Source: Pristiophorus japonicus
Taxonomy: Eukaryota
Direction: 5' to 3'
NCBI RefSeq assembly: GCF_044704955.1
Contig: NC_091998.1
Location: forward strand, 50,344,001-50,408,000
Length of the DNA: 64,000 nucleotides
Under the pieces are notes generated by a model. That model searched no databases. It had not been told where the DNA came from and saw only the letters and a program-made list of their open reading frames with translations. Each line of letters begins with the position of its first letter. The stretch's first letter is position 1. A program made the translations under genes and the position numbers. Below are positions 1 to 13,664 of this stretch, in pieces.

Positions 1-56
1 ATAACAGAAAGGGGACTTGGCATGGAACCTGTCACCTGTTTAGCTGCTGAGATTCA

Positions 57-710
57 CACAACAGCAGCTTGCATTTATATAGCGCCCTTAACGTACGAAA
101 ACGTCCCAAGATGCTTCACAGGAATGTTATCAAACAGAAATTTGACACTGAGCCACATAAGGAGAAATTAGCGCAGGTGACCAAAAGCTTGGTCAAAGAG
201 GTCGGTTTTAAGGAGCGTCTTGAAAGAGGAAAGAGAGGTAGAGAGGTTTAGGCAGGGAGTTCCAGAGCTTGGGGCCCAGGCAACAGAAGACACGGCCGCC
301 AATGGTTGAGCGATTATAATCAGGGATGCTCAAGAGGACAGAATTTGAGGAGTGCAGATATTGCGGGGGAGTTGTGGAGCTGGAGGAGATTACAGAGATA
401 GGGAGGGAGCGAGGGCCATGGAGGGATTTGAAAACAAGGATGAGAATTTTGTAATCGAGGCATTGCTTAACCGAGAGCTTATGTAGGTCAGCGAGCACAG
501 GGGGTGATGGGTGAGCGAGACTTGGTGCGAGTTAGGTCATGGGGCAGCCAAGTTTTGTATCATCTCAAGTTTACGTAGGGGAGAATGTGGGAGGCCAGCC
601 AGGAGGGAATTGTCAAGTCTGGAGGTAACAAAGGCACGGATGAGGGTTTCAGCAGCGGATGAGCTGAGGCAAGGGCGGAGACGGGCGATGTTACTGAGGT
701 GGAAATAGGC
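57..710 (-). mobile_element. L2 LINE 3' fragment (ORF2 C-terminus + tail)
   Basis: ORF 208..498(-) gives LADLH..VKQCLDYKILILVFKSLHG...TIGGRVFCCLGPKLWNSLP, the L2 ORF2 C-terminal motif; the tail reads GCGCTATATAAATGCAAG on the minus strand. Confidence 0.85.
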
Positions 711-951
711 ATGGATATAACATCAAGGCCCGAGCCAATCAAAGAACATGATATCGTTAATCAATCGCATGTGATGGCTCCTCAATCTCCCCGGACAGAA
801 GGTGAAGGATTCACTCCGTAACGTTTCATGATGACAGCATCTCCTTCATGTATCACCGGGACTTTCCAGGTCACTCAGCCTTACCTTAATGATTAAATGA
901 TTACTGCTTAGCCATAGCAGACACAATATTTACATTATCCTCATGCTACCA

Positions 952-1037
952 GAGTGGAGTTGAGATTGAAGATCAGCCATGATCTTATTGAATGGCGGAG
1001 TAGGCTCGAGGAGCTGAATGGCCGACTCCTGCTCCTG
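952..1037 (+). mobile_element. CR1 LINE 3' UTR fragment
   Basis: GATCAGCCATGATCTTATTGAATGGCGG...GGCTCGAG..GAATGGCCGACTCCTGCTCCT matches the tails of the longer CR1 copies in this window. Confidence 0.8.
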
Positions 1038-1048
1038 AGTAAACTAGT

Positions 1049-1755
1049 TCGGCACCTACCTTTAGCTGCTGCGCCCTCCAGCGATATCGGTCGAAGGCCT
1101 CCTCTCCCGGCGCGTTGGAGCGCATTCACATCTTGCACATGCGCAAGGAGAAGCTGGAGTCACATGGCACTGGACAGCCAATCGAGGCAAAGTATTCCCA
1201 TTCATAATAATGGGAAGTCCGAAGGTAAGAATTTTCATTATGATGAATGAGAAACACCCCACCAAACACAAATAAAAAATAGAAAAAAAAACACCTCACA
1301 TATTTAACATTAATTTAAATTAAAGTTAATAAATGTGTTAGAAAACATTTTTTGGGGGGATATTTTTTAAAGTTTTGTAATTAGGGTTGAAAATAAACAT
1401 ACCTTAGTGGGCAGGGTTTTTAACATAAAAATGTGATTTAAAATTTTATTTTTAAATTTTTTTTATGTGTTTTAAAACTCTTACGCTGGTAAAAGTTGGC
1501 TATGCACCTGCTTTTGCCAGGCACAAGAGTTTGAAGGACATTCGCTGGGCATGAGATGGGCAAATATCGCAATCTCGCCCGCACGAATGTCCTTCTTCCC
1601 CGAGACACGGAGGATCTGTCAAACCAGAACTTGACGGATCGGAAAAGCTGGTTTTCGGTGCATGCGCATTGTGCGCTGAAAACCGCCTTTTGCCGAGGCC
1701 TCGCCGGGTGCGTGCACACTCCGTACACACCCAGAGAGGCCGGGATTTCCGGCCC
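1049..1755 (+). mobile_element. Non-autonomous TIR-type (PIF/Harbinger-like?) element, GC-rich arms with AT-rich core; left end missing
   Basis: 1055-1480 aligns by eye with the reverse complement of 22605-23060; ends in GGATTTCCGGCCC, similar to the termini of the other GC-rich elements. The superfamily call is inference. Confidence 0.5.
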
Positions 1756-2181
1756 AATAGTTCCTGTGGTTGGATTGAAGCTCACCTCCCAGCCCACTCG
1801 CAACCGGCTCGCGGTGCACAGCCGAGATCGACAACACTTAATCTTTGTAGCCTGTCGGAAATGCTACCGGGACGGCATTTGAAGCCAGTGATCTGTAAGT
1901 TGCAACACTTCTCTAATTACTGCCCACTCCGCCACCTCTCGGCTCCGTTTCATCGAAAAGCCAACGGATCGTGGCTTCATGAAAGGGCAGGGCTTTTCGG
2001 GAAAATGCAGCCTTTCTCTGGCTGGCACCAGAGACAATGCAGCAAGGCTTGAAAGCCACAAGAAACGGTGAGCAAGGCCACCTCAATGAAGCTGAAAACG
2101 CCTGATCCCGCGATCAGTTCCGTTTCAAGAAAGTCCGTTTGTTCATTGTAATCTTGAGAGGGGGGGTAAAGAGAGACACCG

Positions 2182-3020
2182 GGGGCCGAAATTCAGCCCC
2201 CCACCCCTCACTGACAAGGTCTCCAGCCGGCTGATAGTGGGGTGGTGTCGAATGGCCAACGCTCGCTAAATTCCCCTGGCGGCTTGTACCTGTGGTGCGA
2301 CGATGCGCCCCGCTCCCACTGATGCCATCGTTGAAGACGTCACCAGTGCGCGCACCACAACGGAGCCCCCTCTGGGGGAGGGAAATCCCCCTGCCAAAGC
2401 CTCCCGGCCTTCCGCTTGGTGCCCCCGGCAGCTTTTTCTGTCAGTGCGCTCCGCGCCGGTCAGCTGCGCGACCGCCATTAAAGCGGAGGTGGTGCTGCCG
2501 GCGCCGCCATTTTTTTTTTTTGCCGGCCAACTGCCGGCTCAGGCCCAGACAATTGTGCCCCCCCCCCCGTCCCCCCCCCGTCCCCCCCAGTTTCGACCGG
2601 CCCGCCAACAGGCAGCTTGGTACCCCATCCCCCCCAACCCCCGCCCCCGCCTTGGGGCTGGCCCGGCCGAAGCCCCCCACCCTCCACCCCCGGTGGCCCT
2701 GTGGACCGAACTGAAAAAGATGCAGAGCTCGCCCCGGGCCTTCCCCTTTAACCGAAGGGGGGAGACCTGTTGACGCGGCAGCGCGATGATGTCATCGGCG
2801 CGGCGCCTGATGACTGATAGCAGCGGAAACACGTCCCGTCCCCACCTCCGCTCCGCCCCCACTTCCGCCCCCATGATGAGGCCACTTCCGCCCCGCTTGG
2901 AAAAAAAGTTCGAGGAGGTGAAATTCTCCGGATAGGTCGGCGTGTCCATTGTAACGGGCCAGAAGGCTTCGACAATGCTAGGTCCCTGCCCCGTTTCGGG
3001 TGGCAGTGAATTTCGGCCCC
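2182..3020. mobile_element. GC-rich MITE-like element with 14-bp perfect terminal inverted repeats
   Basis: GGGGCCGAAATTCA (2182-2195) and TGAATTTCGGCCCC (3007-3020); internal 2743-2860 is homologous to the reverse complement of 27545-27650; no transposase ORF. Confidence 0.75.
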
Positions 3021-3529
3021 ACTGCATTTGCACATTTTAATCTCTCTCCCTCCAACTTTCTTCTCTCATCTTCTCAAGATGGGCCTGAGCCAATTCATGT
3101 TGCTGTGCTGCACTCCCATGCTGCACTCAAATGGACAATCTGTGTGTGTGAGCCGAGACAATGAGTTTCAGCAGGTATTTGAGCATGAGTTAATCAACAC
3201 CAAACCCGCTCCAGTCTTTGCAGAACATCCACAAGTTATGCCTCTTAATGACTTACACTAATGTCATGTTGCCTTTTAACCATCATTTGTTTTCCAAGCG
3301 TGTGAGGTGGTCCTCCAATATCCAAGTGAGCTATCAGAGATGCTGCCATGTCTAGCTGGACACATTGCTAGATATTGCCATTGATCCATGGGAGCCACAT
3401 GACTGTTGTCAAGTCCACCACGATTGGTTCAGGGGACCACCAAATTCACCAACGCTTTCTTGACAGCATTAACCGAACCCACGACCTCCCCATGTAGAAG
3501 GACAAGGACAGTAAGATCCCATAAGATCC

Positions 3530-4167
3530 TGCACTGTGTACATCTGTGAGGATGCTCACAAGTTTGTACAGCTGTTGCAGGTTGGAAGGCCTCCTTGTAG
3601 GACTGCTCCTGGGCATGGCCAAGGGGGCCATCAGCCGGTCCACGCAGCAGGCGGTCGAGGGGGTCGTTCAGCCCGACTGCCTGCCTCCCTTCCATGGTTA
3701 CATCCGAGTCAGGGTGTCCCTGGAGATGGAGCACGCGGTGTCCACCGGTACGCTCGCGGCCTTCCGCGAGAGGTGGGCGCCAGGGAACTGGAGTGCATCA
3801 TCACCCCCCGGCAACCAAATTTTAATTTGATTTAAGTTTGTGGTAAAAGTTAATTTGATTATTTGTTGGGTTTAGTGCCCCCCCCCTTTAATAAGTGGGC
3901 ACTTGATTTATGTTTCAACTAAAATAGTTGTAGAGCTGTTGCATTGTGAGTGGCTTAGCCTGTCATGTGATGATCACAAGCCTTAATAAAACCCCAGCCA
4001 GTTGGGTCTAGGTCATCCACGATGAGGCAGGTGGTTGTGAGCCTGGTGGATGAACTGGTAATGTGTAGTGTGATTGTTAAACCTTTGCTAATGAACCAAC
4101 TAGTTCTTAATAGCAATGTGTTGCTATGAATTCTTAAGCAAAGAACCCATGAAGCAAATACATTACA
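3530..4167 (+). mobile_element. Solo LTR family A copy 1 (interrupted by a Tx1 fragment)
   Basis: TG...CATTACA termini, internal AATAAA, degenerate 5-bp TSD (GATCC/AGTCC); 3929-4167 is nearly collinear with 34384-34620 and 43094-43333. Confidence 0.75.
3580..3928 (+). mobile_element. Tx1-clade LINE 3' fragment
   Basis: ORF 3546..3830 gives LLVGLLLGMAKGAISRS...DCLPPFHGYIRVRVSLEMEH...AFRERWAP, resembling the Tx1 ORF2 C-terminus; flanked by TGTACAGCTGTTGCA / TGTAGAGCTGTTGCA duplication. Confidence 0.75.
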
Positions 4168-4400
4168 AGTCCCATGGCACTAATGCGAAGAAGAGCAGGA
4201 GAGTTCTCCCCGGTGTCCTGGGCCAATATTTATCCCTCAATCAACATCACTAAAGCAGATTATCTGGTCATTATCACATTGCTTGCTGTGCGCAAGTTGG
4301 CTGCCACGTTTCCCACATTACAACAGTGACTACACTCCAAAAGCACTTCATTGGCTGTAAAGCACTTTGGGTGAAAGGCGCTATATAAATACAAGTCTTT
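4168..4400 (+). mobile_element. Deu-domain SINE 3' half
   Basis: CCCATGGCACTA..GAAGAAGAGCAGG..CCAATATTTATCCCTCAA..CATTGGCTGTAAAGC..GGCGCTATATAAAT, collinear with the full copy at 6578. Confidence 0.8.
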
Positions 4401-4569
4401 TTTTTCTTCTTTCTAGTTGCCTCATGGCCGGTTATGAGAGCGTGCTCTGTACAAAGCAGCTGTCGCATTTGCCTACGCATCAGCCACAGTCATTTTTTGC
4501 CGATGAGGGGGGGGCTTTGATTCATTTCTGAAAGCTGTGAGAAGGTGATATATGTAAGTAAATCAACAT

Positions 4570-4732
4570 AACAACAGATTATCTGGCCATTATCACGTTG
4601 CTGTGTGTGGGAGCTTGCTGTGTGCAAATTGCCTGCCGCGTTTCCCACATTACAACAGAGACTGCACTCCAAAAGTACTTCATTGGCTGTAAAGCGCTTT
4701 GAGACGTCCGGTGGTCGTGAAAGGTGCTATAT
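4570..4732 (+). mobile_element. Deu-domain SINE 3' part (tail split by the L2 insertion, resumes ~5255-5280)
   Basis: Collinear with 6880-7040; the tail ATAAATGCAAGTCTTTTCTTTC reappears after the L2. Confidence 0.75.
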
Positions 4733-5251
4733 AACAACAACAACTTGTATTTATATAGCGCCTTTAACGTGGTGAATCATCCCAAGACGCTTCACAGGAG
4801 TATTATGAGATAAAAATTTGACATCGAGCCACATAAGTAGAAATTAGCGCAGGTGACCAAAAGCTTGGACAAAGAGGGAGGTTTTAAGGAGCATCTTGAA
4901 GGAGGAAAGAGAGGTAGAGAGGCGGAGAGGTTCAGGCAGGCAGTTCCAGAGCTTGGGGCCCAGGCAACAGAAGGCACGGCCACCGATGGTTGAGCGATTA
5001 TAATCAGGGATGCTCAAGAGGGCAGAATTAGAGGAGCGCAGACATCTCGGGGGGTTGTGGGGCTGGAGGAGATTACAGAGATAGGGAGAGGGGCGAGGGC
5101 CAGGGAGGGATTTGAAAACAAGGATGAGAATTTGGAAATCGAGGCGTTGCTTAACCGGGTGCCAATGTAGGTCAGCGAGCACAGGGGGTGATGGATGAGC
5201 GGGACTTGGTGTGAGTTAGGACACAGGCAGCCGAGTTTTGGATCACCTCTC
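4733..5251 (-). mobile_element. L2 LINE 3' fragment
   Basis: ORF 4844..5182(-) LADLHWHPVKQRLDFQILILVFKSL...LWNCLPEPLRLSTSLSSFKMLLKTSLF; (TTG)n tail. Confidence 0.85.
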
Positions 5252-6577
5252 ATTTACATAAATGCAAGTCTTTCTTTCTTGATTTAAGTCAGTCTTCCTT
5301 TCCACCATCGTCATGTAGGGTTTCTTTTTTTTGGACAGGAAATAAATCACAATAGCAACAGGCCGAAAAAAAAACCGAGGGCTTCAGTGTCGGTACTGTG
5401 GCACTTAATTTCACCTCTCATCTTGTATAGACTTGCATTTGGCTTCAATCGCCAGCGAAGTCAAATCGCTCAATTTAATTATTATTAACCAAAGTAAACT
5501 GACCTTGTTGGAAAAAAGATATCAAAATGGAAGCCGGCCCATTATTTAAGTCTCTTTTATCTTTTGATCATATAATTCAATATTGAAAATTAATCCATTA
5601 TGAATTGAACCCATAGCCTCAGGGTGAGCAATACCCATCTGACCCTGTTCAGCGTAATTGATTCAGGATGATAGCTTTCAGCTCCAGTCTAGGGCTCTGA
5701 GCATCTGTCCGAGAAAGCATGATCAAAAAAACCAGCATTTAAATAGTTTACCAAACGCGAATTAGGGCTCATACTAAAGCCAGGAATACAGTGGAAACCT
5801 CTTAAGAAGATTTGCGGGTAAATCCCTTCCCTCCTCCCCCCTGGGACCAGCCTCAGAGATTCTCTTAACTTAGTTCCAAGTTTGATAAGATCATTTCCCT
5901 CTTTCTGATAAACTTTGCCGGACGGCAGAACTGAATTGAACGTGGAAGGCTTTGATGCTTCGCGACACCGAAGGCCCTCGATTTATTCCGCGCAGACCGG
6001 CAGTGACATTTTCGGGAGGGGCCTGTCCGCTGTGGCAGTTTCCCGAATTTTGCCCCCAACCCCCCGCCGCGCGCGTCATTCCACGCGAGTGGACAAACGG
6101 GTCTCGTGAATTCTACACGCAAGCAAGACAAGATGCTTAAAAAAGTGGGTGCGCTGTGCCGCGATAGTCGTTTGGACGGACACCGGCCGGCAAATCTTCT
6201 TCCAATGGAAATGAAAAAAACAAGATGGAGATGTCACTTCAACAGAAGGCTCAATTAACTTGGTAAATGCTCGCAAGAAAACGTTATTTTCGGAGGAGCA
6301 CAGGCAGGATGGAAAAACTGAGCCTGGAATGATGATATTTAAAGGTGCTTTTATGCTACAACCGCAGATGTTAACGTTGCAGCTATAATTCCTTTAGCAT
6401 GGGTCTCAAGGCCTGCTGCTGTTTCCGTGAGCTCTGGTTCCCCGCAGTGTGAGATAGAGAGCGGCACTGGAGGGGAAAGTTGAGCAGGGGATCAGAGGTG
6501 GAGGGATACAAGCTCAGCCAAAACCATGGCTGCAGTGTAACAGTGACTGCACTCCAAAAGTATTGTGTTTGTATGTC

Positions 6578-7058
6578 AGCTGTGGCTCAGTGGGCAGCAC
6601 CCTCGCCTCTGAGTCAGAAGGTCGTGGGTTCAAGTCCCCATCTAGGGACTTGAGCACAAAAACCTAGGATGACATTCCAGTGCAGTGCCGAAGGAGCGCC
6701 GCACTGTCGGAGGTGCCGTCTTTGGGATGAGGTGTTAAACCCAGGGCTCGTCTGCTCTCTCAGGTGGATGTAAAAGATCCCACGGCACTATTTCGAATAG
6801 CAGGGGAGTTCTCCCCAGAGTCCTGAACTAATATTTACCCCTCAATCAACATAGTCTAAAAACCTTAAAATCACTAAAACAGATTATCTAGTCATTTTTA
6901 CATTGCTGTTTGTGGGAGCTTGCTGTGCACAGATTGGCTGCCGCGTTTCCCACATTACAACAGTGACGTCGCTCCAAATAAAATACTTCATTGGCTGTAA
7001 AGTGCTTTGGCACATCCGGTGGTTATGAAAGGCGCTATAGAAATGCAAGTCTTTCTTT
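6578..7058 (+). mobile_element. Full-length tRNA-derived Deu-domain SINE (SacSINE1/AmnSINE1-like)
   Basis: Pol III box A TGGCTCAGTGG and box B GGTTCAAGTCC, central GGATGTAAAAGATCCCA.GGCACTATTTCGAA domain, L2-like tail GGCGCTATAGAAATGCAAGTCTTTCTTT. Confidence 0.85.
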
Positions 7059-7358
7059 AATGGAAGTTTCGAGGAGAATAACTCGCTGTAAAAGGTCCCG
7101 GAGCATCATTCCTTTCTCTGCAAAGCTGACTTCTATCCTTTGTCAAGTGCTGCTTTCCTGCGGAAAAAGGTTGCTGATTAAAGTCCCTGATTAATTTACT
7201 GTAAAAAAAAACTCAACCGCTGGGGAAGTACTCGAGCTCAGCATGGGATGAGGGGAGAACAGCCCATAGCACCGTCCAGTTACCCGGCCCGCACTGGGCA
7301 ACCAAACTGGCATCGGCAGAAGCCTGCAAGTGGTGGTATTTTACACAGCGACGCGGAA

Positions 7359-7463
7359 AGAGAGAGCTGGGGAGAGAGAGAGAGAGAGAGATAGAGAGAG
7401 AGAAAGAGAGAAAGAGATTGAAAGAGAGAGTGGGAGGGAAGGAATGAAGGGAGGGAGGGAGGA
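7359..7463 (+). repeat. (GA)n / GGGA purine-rich microsatellite
   Basis: Directly visible GA dinucleotide and GGGA runs. Confidence 0.9.
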
Positions 7464-8094
7464 CTAAACTTGCATTTATATAGCGCCTTTCATGACCTCA
7501 GGACGTCTCAAGCAGGCCCGAGGGACCTTATGGCCCGCTCCTATTTCTTATGTTTTTTTATATTCTTACATTTCGAGGGGATTCACGGTGTTGCTCACTG
7601 CGTTGGTGTATGAGTAACAAACGGCAGTAGCCAGACACTTTTTTTTTTCTTTTGTTAACTTTTGAGAATTGCGGCAGAATGAAGTAAATAGTCACGAAAT
7701 CACAGACAAGCAGTGCAGTGTTCCAAGAGAGGAAATTGACGAAGAGGTTACGACAACATTAAACTTCCAGGAGTCAACGGATGTCAGTAAAACCCGAGGA
7801 CTGAGTCACTTCGAATTCATTCAGAGATTTTGTCTTTATAAAGAAACGCACATTAAAAAACGATTTTTGTTGAAAAACATAGTCTGTGGTTTGGTATCGT
7901 GTCTATTTGTTTTTCCTGCCTTAGCTCGTTTCAGGAAAATAAAATGCAGAAAACCATTGGGAATCCAAACAAGCATTTAATGATGCCAGGATAGAGCAAC
8001 GGACAGTTGATTCTTCAAAGAGAGATGTGGTGTTCTGAGTTACATTTATATGCTATTCTGGGTTACATAGTCACTGTACTAAATTTTATTAACG

Positions 8095-8350
8095 TGGAAC
8101 ACCATCAGCTCCATGTTCCCCTCCAAGTCACACACCAATTCTGACTTGGAAATATATCGCTGCCATTCCTTCATCGTCGCCGGGTCAGAATCCTGGAACT
8201 CCGTTCCTAACAGCACTGTGGGAGCACCTTCACCACACGGACTGCAGCGGTTCAAGAAGGCGGCTCACCACCACCTTCTCAAGGGGCGAGTGGGGATGGG
8301 CAATAAATGCCGGCCTTGCCAGCGACGCCTACATCCCAGGAATGAATTTT
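8095..8350 (+). mobile_element. CR1-group LINE (second family) 3' end
   Basis: SWNSVPNSTVGAPSPHGLQRFKKAAHHHLLKG followed by tail GGGCAATAAATGC.GGCCTTGCCAG; same family at 30820-31220. Confidence 0.7.
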
Positions 8351-8419
8351 TTAAAGACATGGCTACCCTAATCCTGAGACACGTACAATCATGGTTAGCA
8401 AAAAATATGGACAATAAAG

Positions 8420-8650
8420 AGGAAAAACCTTTTTACGCAGCGAGTGGTTAGGATCTGGAATGCGCTGCCTGAGAGGGCGGTGGAGGCAGACTCAACCGTG
8501 GCTTTCAAAAGGGAATTGGATAAGTACCTGAAGGAAAAAAATTTGCAGGTCTACAGGGAAAGGGACTGGCTGAAGTGCTCTTGCAGAGAGCCGGCACGGG
8601 CTCGACAGGCTAAATGGCCTCCTTCTGTGCTGTAACTGTTCTCTGATTCT
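8420..8650 (+). mobile_element. CR1 3' fragment
   Basis: VRIWNALPERAVEADSTVAFKRELDKYL, the CR1 ORF2 terminus. Confidence 0.85.
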
Positions 8651-8677
8651 AACTATGCCATCTCATTTTTTTGTAGA

Positions 8678-9016
8678 AAGAAAAACAGACTTGCATTTAT
8701 ATAGCGTCTTTCACGACCACCGGACATCTCAAACCGCTTCACAGCCAATGAATAACTTTTGGAGTGTAGTCACTGTTGTAATGTAGGAAACGCGGCAGCC
8801 AATTTGCGCACAGCAAGCTCCCACAAACAGCAATGCGATAATGACCAGATGACCGTTCTTGTTATGTTGATTGAGAGATAAATATTGGCCAGGACACCAG
8901 GGATAACTCCCCTTGCTTTTCTTCGAAATAGTGCTAATAAATTTCCAGAGTGGGACTTGAACCCACAAACTTCTGACTCAGAGACGAGAGTGCTGCCCAC
9001 TGAGCCACAGCTGACA
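8678..9016 (-). mobile_element. Deu-domain SINE, internally deleted
   Basis: tRNA head at 8945-9016 is joined directly to the 3' body; compare 6578-7058. Confidence 0.8.
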
Positions 9017-9265
9017 TCAAGTTTAATAACGTTGGTGTAAAGATGGTATCAGCAAATTGATACAGCATCTTGTACTTATACTGTAGTACAAAGTGCATTG
9101 CATACTGTATTAACAGGGTATGGTGGTCTAACGTCAACAGAACTGGACAGGATATCTACAGATCAGGAGTGCAAATCCTGCTATGGAAAACTCTGAAAGT
9201 AAATTCAATGCATATGGTCATTTGTGAGGTGGCGGATCTTTATAAAAACCCCTCTTGTTCATTAT

Positions 9266-10090
9266 CATCACATCATAGGCAGTCCCTCGAACGAGAATGA
9301 CTTGCTTCCCACATGAGTTCACAGACGTTTCAATGAAGGACCCGATGTTCCAGTCCTGAACTCCAGTTGAGGGGGTGGAAGATGCCTGCACATGGATTTT
9401 TTTAACGTGTGGTGACCGTTGTACACCAGCCACCACACGGGCTTGACAGAGCTCGGCCTTTATAGAAACATAGAAACATAGAAAATAGGTGCAGGAGTAG
9501 GCCATTCGGCTCTTCAAACCTGCACCACCATTCAATAAGATCATGGCTGATCATTCCCTCAGTACCCCTTTCCTGCTTTCTCTCCATACCCCTTAATCCC
9601 ATTAGCCGTTAGGGCCATATCTAACTCCCTCTTGAATATATTCAATGAACTGGCATCAGCAACTCTTTGCGGTAGGGAATTCCACAGATTAACAACTCTC
9701 TGAGTAAAGAAGTTTCTCCTTATCTCAGTCCTAAATGGCTTAGCCCTTATCCTTAGACTATGTCCCCTGGTTCTGGACTGCCCCAACATCGGGAACATTC
9801 TTCCTGCATCTAACCTGTCCAGTCCCGTCAGAATTTTATAAGTTTCTATGAGATCCCCTCTCATCCTTCTAAACTTCAGTGATTACAGGCCCAGTCGATC
9901 CAGTCTCTCCTCATATATCAGTCCTGCCATCCTGGGAATCAGTCTGGTGAACCTTCGCTGCACTCCCTCAATAGCAAGAATGTCCTTCCTCAGATTAGGA
10001 GACCAAATAGAAACGTATCCAGTGGCAAGGGTTAACCAGGACGACTGGAGACCAGCTCTGCTGCACGGACCTAGTGTGCGCACACATGTA
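9266..10090 (-). mobile_element. Non-autonomous RTE-tailed element (bipartite RTE-like), split by CR1
   Basis: Shares the RTE 3' end (GGGACTGCCTATGATG); 9266-9461 plus 10015-10090 is collinear with 30463-30730. Confidence 0.65.
9462..10014 (-). mobile_element. Young CR1 3' fragment with (TTTCTATG)n tail
   Basis: ORF 9559..9864(-) [25 protein letters not shown]...FFTQRVVNLWNSLP...GYGEKAGKGY*. Confidence 0.9.
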
Positions 10091-10604
10091 CGATTCCTGC
10101 CTCCATGAAGGATGTTAATGAACTAGACGGACTTTTATGATGATCTGCCTATCCACAAATGGCCTTACCCACATTACGTGGTTGACTCTTACATTTCTCT
10201 GGGCAACTATCGCTGGGCAATAAATATCGGCCTTGTCCGTGTTTTTCCCACATCCCTCGAGCAACAGAAATAATATTCCGGGGGTTGGGGGGGTGGGAGC
10301 GGGGAGTGGGGGGGGGAGACAAGTGAATAATGCAATATAACTTTATCTCCCAAATCCTGTGGATTTAGAAATACTGCTGAGGGGCACAGCAATCTCTGTG
10401 ATATTTTCGAGGCTTTGATGGTCTATAATGGTCTTTTCCGGTCACTTAGAGCCATGCGTCCCCCGTACTTTCTCTGATTATATAGCTCTGCTTTTCCTTA
10501 AATTGGCTCGGACGTGGGACCCAAACATTTTGTAGGGTCGGCAAAGAAAACTGCATGTTCTTCAGACACAACCCCAGAGTGAAGGAAAACAGACACTCAG
10601 TACT

Positions 10605-11062
10605 ACAACAACTTATATTTATATAGCGCCTTTAAAGCAGTGCAACATCCCAAGGTGCTTCACAGGAGTATAATACGATAACAATTTGACACCAAGCCCC
10701 ATGAGTAGAATTTAGCGCAGGTGAGCAAAAGCTTGGTCAAAGAGATAGGTTTTAAGGTAGAGAGGTGGAAATGTTTAGGCAGGGAGTTCCAGAGCTTGGG
10801 GCCCAGGCAACAGAAGGCACGGCCACCGATGGTCGAGTGATTATAATCAGGGATGCTCAAGAGGGCAGAATTAGAGGAGTGCAGACATCTCGGGGGCGTT
10901 TGTGGGGCTGGAGGAGATTACAGAGGGAGGGAGGGGCAAGGCCATGAAGGGATTTATAAACAAGGATGAGAATTTTGAAATTGAGACGTTGCTTAACCGG
11001 AAGCCAATGTAGGTCAGCCCAGGGGTGATTGCTGAGCGGGGCTTGGTGCGAGTTAGGACACG
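10605..11062 (-). mobile_element. L2 LINE 3' fragment
   Basis: SIPDYNHSTIGGRAFCCLGPKLWNSLP plus L2 tail. Confidence 0.85.
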
Positions 11063-11118
11063 ACAGTAATTGTATATTTTAAAAACAAAGATAAGTTCAC
11101 TACTTAATTAGACTGTGT

Positions 11119-12351
11119 GGGGGGAAAATTGGTTAGCGCCGATTTGAGGCGGTGGCATTGCCTGGTCACCACCTTTCGTGCCGGGTAATATTTACTGGCT
11201 CCAGCCGGATTATTGATTTTTAGCGCCCTGAGAGGGGAGTGGAGCACAAAGGGAAGCATTCTCACACCTCTTCGGTCGCAAAAGTGGAATCGCAGGACAC
11301 TGGCACGGGAGCGCTAATGAATGTGTGCCGCTCAGAGACCGGCCTCCTAGCGCTTAAAAGTGAGGTCAGCTGGACTGCCCGAAGACTAAAAATCAGAACA
11401 TAAGAAATAGGAGCAGGAGTCGGCCATTCGGCCCATCGAGCCTGCTCCGCCATTCAATAAGATCCTGGCTGATATGATCATGGACTCAGCTCCACTTCCC
11501 CGCCCGCTCCCCAAACCCTTCACTCCCTTATCGTTCAAAAATCTGCCTATCTCCACCTTGAATATATTCAATGGCCCAGCCTCCACAGCTCTCTGGGTAG
11601 AAAATTCCAAAGATTCACGACCCTCTGAGAGAAGAAATTCCTCCTCATTTCCATTAAATGGGCAACCCCTTATTCTGAAACTATGCCCCCGAGTTCTAGA
11701 TTCACCCACGAGGGGAAACATCCTCTCTGCATGTACCCTGTCAAGCCTCCTCAGAATCTTATATGTTTCAATAAGATCATCTCTCATTCTTCTAAACTCC
11801 AATGAGTATAGGCCCAACTTTTCTTCATAAGTCAACCCCTTCATCTCAGGAATCAAACTCGTGAACCTGCCTCCAATACAAGTATATCCATGCTTAAATA
11901 AGGAAACCGAAACTGTAAGCAGACTAAGTGCAAGGGAAGTGAGTGAAATATTTTTAAACATTGCAGAAAGTTGAACAAAGCTACATAAAGTGGATGTAAA
12001 TGGAAAAATAACCTCACCTTCTAACCGCTCACCTGACGAGCCGTTTCGGTATGGCCCCGGGAGGGTTGGGGAACGCCCGCTTTCTCTGTCGCGATGAGCC
12101 CCAGGTGCGAAGGCAGGCGGACCCAGTGAAGTTCCCGACCGTGGGGCGGAGCGGGACGTTGCACGGGCATTGACGTCACCCAGTGGGTGGCGCTAGAGTG
12201 TGTAGCACTAACCGGTAACGCAGTCGGTAAACCGCCAATCAAGTTCTCGGGAGGCGCTGACAGCGCAGTGCTCCAGCGGTAAGCACTTAGTGCCCCATTG
12301 CACCCCTCTCGGGCGCCAACAACTGCCGCTGTTCCATTCAATTTTTTGCCC
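11119..12351. mobile_element. GC-rich TIR-type non-autonomous element (hosting a CR1)
   Basis: Imperfect TIRs GGGGGGAAAATTG / CAATTTTTTGCCC; flanked on both sides by TGT (candidate 3-bp TSD). Confidence 0.55.
11395..11915 (-). mobile_element. CR1 3' fragment
   Basis: ORF 11386..11961(-) contains [20 protein letters not shown]...RTRGHSFRI. Confidence 0.9.
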
Positions 12352-12470
12352 TGTGACTACTAGTTTAAGGAGGCTAAACACGTCCGTCTAAAACCTCTTC
12401 ATTTATTTTAACAGAGGCATTTTTAAAACATTTTTTTACAATGACCAATTATTAGTTTTTATTCGTTTGC

Positions 12471-13664
<1,194 letters not shown>

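Noticed and set aside
2806-2832. Hammerhead ribozyme core CTGATGA...GAAAC
   Set aside because: Stem II does not close adjacent to GAAA, no supporting stems I/III, and the homologous copy near 27580 lacks GAAA.
2266-3035. Proline-rich ORFs up to 164 aa
   Set aside because: Artefacts of a GC-rich TIR element; overlapping ORFs in many frames with no recognisable domain.
4416-4550. Possible exon (pyrimidine tract-AG ... GT; MAGYESVLC resembles NECAP N-terminus)
   Set aside because: Similarity ends after a few residues, the frame hits a stop, and the pyrimidine tract is a SINE tail.
6578-6650. tRNA gene
   Set aside because: Boxes A/B are followed directly by the SINE body; this is a SINE head, as at ~8950, 37620, 48560 and 50960.
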